From Desulfosoma sp. (GTDB lineage: Bacteria; Desulfobacterota; Syntrophobacteria; Syntrophobacterales; DSM-9756): DNA of 56,791 nt. Of this stretch, positions 52,456 to 56,791 are shown piece after piece (within the stretch, counting starts at the first letter, position 1; the number at the start of each line of letters is the position of its first letter). The notes beneath the pieces were generated by a model. That model did no database searches. It was not told the origin of the DNA and saw nothing but the letters and a program-made list of their open reading frames with translations. The translations under genes were made by a program, and so were the position numbers. The stretch lies in assembly GCA_037481835.1 (NCBI GenBank), contig JBBFKW010000018.1:49322-106112 (forward strand). Reading direction: 5' to 3'.

Positions 52456-52554
52456 TTTCCCAAATCCCCTCTCCCCCGCCCTTCCCGAATCCCTTCTGCC
52501 CCGCCCTTCTCAAATCCCCTCTCCCCCTTTGGGGGAGAGGGCAGGGTGAGGGGG
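52456..52554. repeat. BoxC-like palindrome (52516-52554) preceded by 25-bp tandem duplications of its left arm
   Basis: Units 52456-52480, 52481-52505 and 52506-52530; element CCCCTCTCCCCC-TTT-GGGGGAGAGGGCAGGGTGAGGGG. Confidence 0.9.
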
Positions 52555-52582
52555 AGGAGGCGGATCGTAGCCTTCACGGGGC

Positions 52583-53263
52583 TCACTTTTCCTTTTCTTT
52601 TTTCAGTTGGACGGTGACAAAATCCGGCACCCATTGCTTTTCCCCGGCATCCCACACGTACTGGCGAACCACGACGGCATCCTTGTAGATGCGTTCCACA
52701 AGGCCGTCAGGAGTCACCGGCGTCCCTTCCTTGACGATGTAGCCTTTGCCGGAGGCGTCCTCGATGAGCGCCCGCGATCCCATCTCTCCCCAGAGGATGG
52801 CCTTGAGGCCGCGTTCCACTTCCCCAAGGCTCATTTTCTGTAAGGGGGTCAAAGGTAATCCCGCCGAAGGAATGGGCGACGGGGTGCCCTCCGCTTCGGG
52901 ATAGGTTTCCGTCACGGTCGTTTCCGGCTTGATGAAAGGAACGAAAGGATCCACAAGGCCCAAGGGCCGGTAATGAAAGGCATCGCTGAGGACGGCTTGA
53001 ACCATTTCTTTCCGGAGAGCAAGGGCCTGCTCCGGGCTGATTTCCGTATCCTCCGACGGCCGGGCCGCCGTGGCTGCGGGGGGCGGTGCGGACTCAAGGC
53101 CTTGAGTCTGCGATTCCGTGGGGACGGCGGCTGCCGAACCGAGCATGAAAAGAAAGGCCAAGGCGGCAGCCGCCGTCACGTGCCCCAGTTTGCCCGTCCG
53201 TGAAAGTCCCCACGGGTTCTCCATCCCAAAGCTTGTCCCATCACTGCGCCGTGTCTTTGCCAT
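52583..53263 (-). CDS. pilP: PilP-like type IV pilus protein (orphan, no lipobox Cys)
   Basis: DPFVPF, TPLQK, LKAILWG..ALIEDASGKGYIVKEGT..G.V..I..DAVVV; GGAGG SD before ATG 53263. Confidence 0.75.
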   Translation of the reverse strand: MAKTRRSDGTSFGMENPWGLSRTGKLGHVTAAAALAFLFMLGSAAAVPTESQTQGLESAPPPAATAARPSEDTEISPEQALALRKEMVQAVLSDAFHYRPLGLVDPFVPFIKPETTVTETYPEAEGTPSPIPSAGLPLTPLQKMSLGEVERGLKAILWGEMGSRALIEDASGKGYIVKEGTPVTPDGLVERIYKDAVVVRQYVWDAGEKQWVPDFVTVQLKKEKEK

Positions 53264-53446
53264 GTTCCCGTCCCTCCAGATCATGGGCCTGCAGGCGGCA
53301 GAAATCGTCCACACGGGTTACGGGCCCGGAGGTTCTCCCCTGCGCCGTTTTTTCTTTCTGTCACCAAAAGCTTTCCGATTCAACAAAAAGATCGTCGGAA
53401 AACCCCTATAAATTCCTATCGGCATTTTGCGCGAAAATCTAAAAAG

Positions 53447-53482
53447 TGACAAATTTTGTCAATAAACTGACAAATCCCGTCA
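53447..53482. promoter_or_regulatory. Tandem enhancer sites TGACAAATTTTGTCA and TGACAAATCCCGTCA (putative PilR-type UAS)
   Basis: Two TGAC-N7-GTCA palindromes 21 bp apart, about 90-120 bp upstream of a sigma54 promoter. Confidence 0.75.
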
Positions 53483-53568
53483 GTTTTGGCAGCCCTCACA
53501 ACGGGGAAAGCCGCGTCCAGCAGTCGTGAAGTCCTTTAAAATCGCGTGGAAAAAATTTTTTAAAGCCC

Positions 53569-53584
53569 TGGCACATGGATTGCT
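53569..53584 (+). promoter_or_regulatory. sigma54 (-24/-12) promoter of pilA
   Basis: TGGCAC-ATGGA-TTGCT matches TGGCAC-N5-TTGCW. Confidence 0.9.
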
Positions 53585-53756
53585 TAAGTTTCTGGCAAGG
53601 GTTTCCGATGACATGCAAAGAAGGGTTTATCCCCAATCGGGCCGAAGAAGGGAGGGAGGAGACATCGCGCGGCCGGGGATCGTGCTCCGCCAAGGAACCC
53701 GACACACCACGCGCCGACCCTTTCGGTCGGGGCCAACACAACCAAAGGAGGATCTT

Positions 53757-54209
53757 ATGCTGCTCAAAATGAAAGAAAGCAAAGGCTTCACCCTGGTGGA
53801 ACTCATGATCGTCGTGGCCATCATCGGCATCCTGGCCGCAGTGGCCGTACCGTTCTACCAGCGCTACGTAAAGAAAGCTCGCCTTACGAGCCTCGTTTTT
53901 CCCGGATTGCACGCGATTCAGAACAGCATCTCTAGTTATTATAGTGTGAAAGGTTCAGCTCCTGATTTGTCAGATGACGATATTCTAGAATCAATGGCAA
54001 GAGACGCTGACACGGCTTGTTTTGACGTGGAACAGGGAGATAGTACCCTTTCCCTTAAGATCACGCTAAATACTAGTAGAAATGCGAGCAAATGCGGTCC
54101 TCTGGCAAACTTGACGCCCAATTCCTTTAGCGTTGTCGCCACAGAAAATGCAGGAAAGCTGACCTGGTCATTTAGCGGTGGTCTCGCGAAGGAATTGGGA
54201 TTAGAGTAG
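53757..54209 (+). CDS. pilA: Type IVa major pilin
   Basis: Class III signal [42 protein letters not shown]. Confidence 0.95.
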   Translation: MLLKMKESKGFTLVELMIVVAIIGILAAVAVPFYQRYVKKARLTSLVFPGLHAIQNSISSYYSVKGSAPDLSDDDILESMARDADTACFDVEQGDSTLSLKITLNTSRNASKCGPLANLTPNSFSVVATENAGKLTWSFSGGLAKELGLE

Positions 54210-54233
54210 GTGGTCTTTACAGTATCGTAGCAT

Positions 54234-54269
54234 TTACCCCTAGGGGCTAGCGGCCACCCCTAGGGGTAA
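54234..54269 (+). terminator. Hairpin after pilA (attenuator or mRNA stabiliser)
   Basis: TTACCCCTAGGGG-N10-CCCCTAGGGGTAA; no U-tract. Confidence 0.6.
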
Positions 54270-54288
54270 GCCGTGATGTGAGAGACCC

Positions 54289-56694
54289 ATGTGCAAAAAC
54301 CAATTAATTCAGCTTGGCAGAATTTTTGTCGTTCTATGCCTGATATTTTCAGCCTACTCCAACACATTGACTTCCCCCCCCGTTCTTGATGATTTTCACA
54401 GTTTTGTTACTAACCCTTCAACTCGCGTTGAAAAAATTGATACTGAAATGTTGGGTAAGTTAGCCGGATCCTATTTTGGCGTGTGGCGATTTTTGCCCAT
54501 GCTAAGCTTGGCTTTTGATTTTTGGTGGGGCGACGGAAAAATTATCGCATTTCACGTATCAAATATTATCATTCATATCTTGTGCTTCATTTGTTGTTAC
54601 TGGTTTTCTGGCGCCCTAGTGAATGTTGCTGCAACGGGATCGAGGAGTGGACCCTATTCTGAATCTCTGGTGAGATCATTTACGCTCGCCGTTTCAAGTT
54701 TGTGGGCTCTTCACCCAGTTCAGACCAGTGCTGTCACATACATTGTACAAAGAATGGCATCCCTGCAGGCTTTATTTTTCTTCGCTGCATGTGCGGCTTA
54801 TATTCATTTCAAGCTGGCTTGGCAGGAGCGGCGTAAAATCCGACAGGTCTCTTGGGCTCTGGTCTGTGCGGTTTCTTCCCTCGGCGCCTTCTTGTCAAAA
54901 GAAAACTCAGCGATGCTTCCAGTGGTTTTTTTGTTGATAGAACTCTGGTTCTTTAGGTGTTGGACATTTCAGAGCTGTGCTCGTAAGTTATTTATATTGC
55001 TCTCAAATCCGAGGTGGATGGCTTGGATTGCCATCGGCACTCTCAGCTTGGGCCTTATGTCCGTTACCGCTGTTCAACATTTTGCTTCCGGCTATAATGG
55101 GCGACACTTCACCATGACGGAAAGGCTCTTGACGGAATGTCGCATTGTTCTCCAATATGTTTATGCCATCATCGTCCCAAACCCGGGGAATCTTTCTCTT
55201 GAGCACGATGTTGTTGTATCCAAGAGCCTTGTGTCACCGCCAACAACGCTCATAAGTGTTCTTGCCATTGCGTTCTTTGTGGCCCTTTCCCTAAGGTTTC
55301 GTGGTTCCTACCTCATGTTTTCATTTGGATTAATTTGGTTTCTCGTGAATCTTATTATTGAATCCACTATAGTCCCTCTGGAGCTTAAATTTGACCATAG
55401 AATGTACCTGCCTTCTTTTGGCTTGATTCTTAGTCTCGTTGAGATTGTTCGACAGTTCGGAGCGCGACTTTGCCTGCCTTTCTCTGCTAAGGACCGTCAA
55501 AAGGTGGTGTGGTCGGGTTTGGCCGTAGCGTGCGCCATTCTTGCCTTGCTGAGTTTTACTCGTAATGAAGATTGGCAGGACATATTGACCATTAACCGAG
55601 ATGCTGTCCATAAGGCGCCTGAACACCCGCGGGCTCACGCAAATTACGCGGTAGCCCTGTCGAGGGCTGGTCGATATGATGAGGCGATCTATGAGGCGAA
55701 AAAGGCTATAGAACTAGGGCGTAAAGGGCTTGAATCTCATTTCGTTGCGGCTGGCATTGTCCTCAGTGCTTATATGCACCAGGGACGTTGGGACGAGGCC
55801 ATTCGGGAGGGAGAAAAGCTGTTTGAAGAAAGACCCGAGAAATTCGATGCGATGTCGTTGCCTGTGTTTTGTTTGAAGCTTGCTGAATGTTATCGGATGA
55901 CAAAAAACTATTATATGGCATACAGGTACGCAATGTTAGCACTAGACATTATCCAGAAGAATGAACGACTCAGGCAGGAACAAAAATGGGTATATTTCGT
56001 ACTGGAATCAGTCATTACCGATGCCTCCACCGAGGATGTGGATGTGGATGGGGATGGCTCACCGGATCCAGGGAATATGTCGTTGGATGAATGGGTGGCT
56101 CTAACTTTATACCGGGCGGGCGATTATGATGGAGCCAAAATTTTTGGTGGGAAGGTAGTGGGAAGCTCATATATATCAAGAATCCTGCATGAAATAGATA
56201 TCTACGAGAGAAGGAGCATTCTACAGGGTAAGCAATGGGCTATGGATACTAAGGAATGGACAAATGGGGGTCATGCGGCGGATATCATTCTACGGATCTC
56301 TCACGCTATTCTGAATAAGCCGGTCCTTAAGACTCTAATACCTTTGGGGGAAAAGCTAGTCGCATGGTGTGTTAAAATAGATCCGTATAACTTTTATGTA
56401 TATACTCTCCAGGGGTGGTATGCTTTTGAAAAGGGGGATGTAGACGCGGTGGCCAAGGCGAAGCAGGCTGTGGAACTGGCGCCACAGTCGGCCAAGGCGT
56501 GGATTGCCCTGGGCTTCTTTGAGCAGCGGGCGGGGCGGCTGGAAAATGCGCTGACGGCTTTTCGCCAGACCTTGGAACTCTACCCGGGCTATCCCAAGCG
56601 CCATATCCTCAAAGACCTCATGGCCCAGCTGGAGTCCCAGATTCATGCGCAGAACTCGGAAAGTTCCACGATCGCCCAGGCCGCCCTGCACTGA
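54289..56694 (+). CDS. TMTC-like multi-TM GT-C glycosyltransferase with C-terminal TPR repeats
   Basis: PVLDD acidic loop after TM1, FHVSNIIIH, LWALHPVQTSAVTYIVQR, SKEN, DHRMYLPS, RNEDW, then TPRs. Confidence 0.8.
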   Translation: MCKNQLIQLGRIFVVLCLIFSAYSNTLTSPPVLDDFHSFVTNPSTRVEKIDTEMLGKLAGSYFGVWRFLPMLSLAFDFWWGDGKIIAFHVSNIIIHILCFICCYWFSGALVNVAATGSRSGPYSESLVRSFTLAVSSLWALHPVQTSAVTYIVQRMASLQALFFFAACAAYIHFKLAWQERRKIRQVSWALVCAVSSLGAFLSKENSAMLPVVFLLIELWFFRCWTFQSCARKLFILLSNPRWMAWIAIGTLSLGLMSVTAVQHFASGYNGRHFTMTERLLTECRIVLQYVYAIIVPNPGNLSLEHDVVVSKSLVSPPTTLISVLAIAFFVALSLRFRGSYLMFSFGLIWFLVNLIIESTIVPLELKFDHRMYLPSFGLILSLVEIVRQFGARLCLPFSAKDRQKVVWSGLAVACAILALLSFTRNEDWQDILTINRDAVHKAPEHPRAHANYAVALSRAGRYDEAIYEAKKAIELGRKGLESHFVAAGIVLSAYMHQGRWDEAIREGEKLFEERPEKFDAMSLPVFCLKLAECYRMTKNYYMAYRYAMLALDIIQKNERLRQEQKWVYFVLESVITDASTEDVDVDGDGSPDPGNMSLDEWVALTLYRAGDYDGAKIFGGKVVGSSYISRILHEIDIYERRSILQGKQWAMDTKEWTNGGHAADIILRISHAILNKPVLKTLIPLGEKLVAWCVKIDPYNFYVYTLQGWYAFEKGDVDAVAKAKQAVELAPQSAKAWIALGFFEQRAGRLENALTAFRQTLELYPGYPKRHILKDLMAQLESQIHAQNSESSTIAQAALH

Positions 56695-56791
56695 GAAGGC
56701 CTCTCCCCTCTCCCATCCTTTGGGGGTGGTGCCCAACCCAATGCTGTTGACTTAAGCATTTTTAAGCTTTTCCCTCTTTCCTGAGCACCAT

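Noticed and set aside
53526..53756. 227-aa pilA start at GTG 53526
   Set aside because: This start lies upstream of the sigma54 promoter; the strong SD and class III signal support ATG 53757.
53757..54209. Electrically conductive e-pilin
   Set aside because: It is a full-length 140-aa mature pilin with about 8% aromatic residues by my count and long aromatic-free gaps, below the usual heuristic.

Overview
A GC-rich chromosomal window, mostly housekeeping genes. Gene content and protein style suggest a Desulfobacterota anaerobe, probably Syntrophobacterales-like (inference). In order it holds: phoA; a cooC-folE2-kinase operon; a PAS hybrid kinase; a ~13 kb minus-strand run (yceD-rpmF-plsX-acyl-CoA dehydrogenase-etfB-ferredoxin/etfA-fabG-fabF-rpiB-glyA-ribD-ribE-ribBA-ribH-nusB); nitroreductase; gltX; a Cache/HAMP/PAS kinase with a degenerate ATPase domain; a TIGR01212 radical SAM gene head-to-head with mnmG; etfBA-fadD behind a FadR-like operator; several small enzymes; fabH; porAB; a PxxKW protein; pilB-pilC-pilS; CIRCE-groESL; ileS-lspA; an orphan pilP; and a sigma54-driven pilA followed by a TMTC-like GT-C/TPR gene. 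I saw no rRNA, tRNA, CRISPR array or transposase. Three things stand out. (1) A CarCDE-like acyl-CoA dehydrogenase/ETF module with electron-bifurcating signatures sits inside the fatty-acid synthesis operon where fabH/fabD normally lie, and acpP is also missing; it is a candidate new enoyl-reductase step. (2) A low-GC cassette covers the pilin globular domain plus most of a TMTC-like glycosyltransferase, with both breakpoints inside genes. (3) Two unrelated palindromic repeat families (a GTAG-REP and a BoxC-like element) both carry decaying tandem duplications on one side only, including a ~400 bp array just upstream of ileS. All product calls come from motif recognition by eye; no searches were run.
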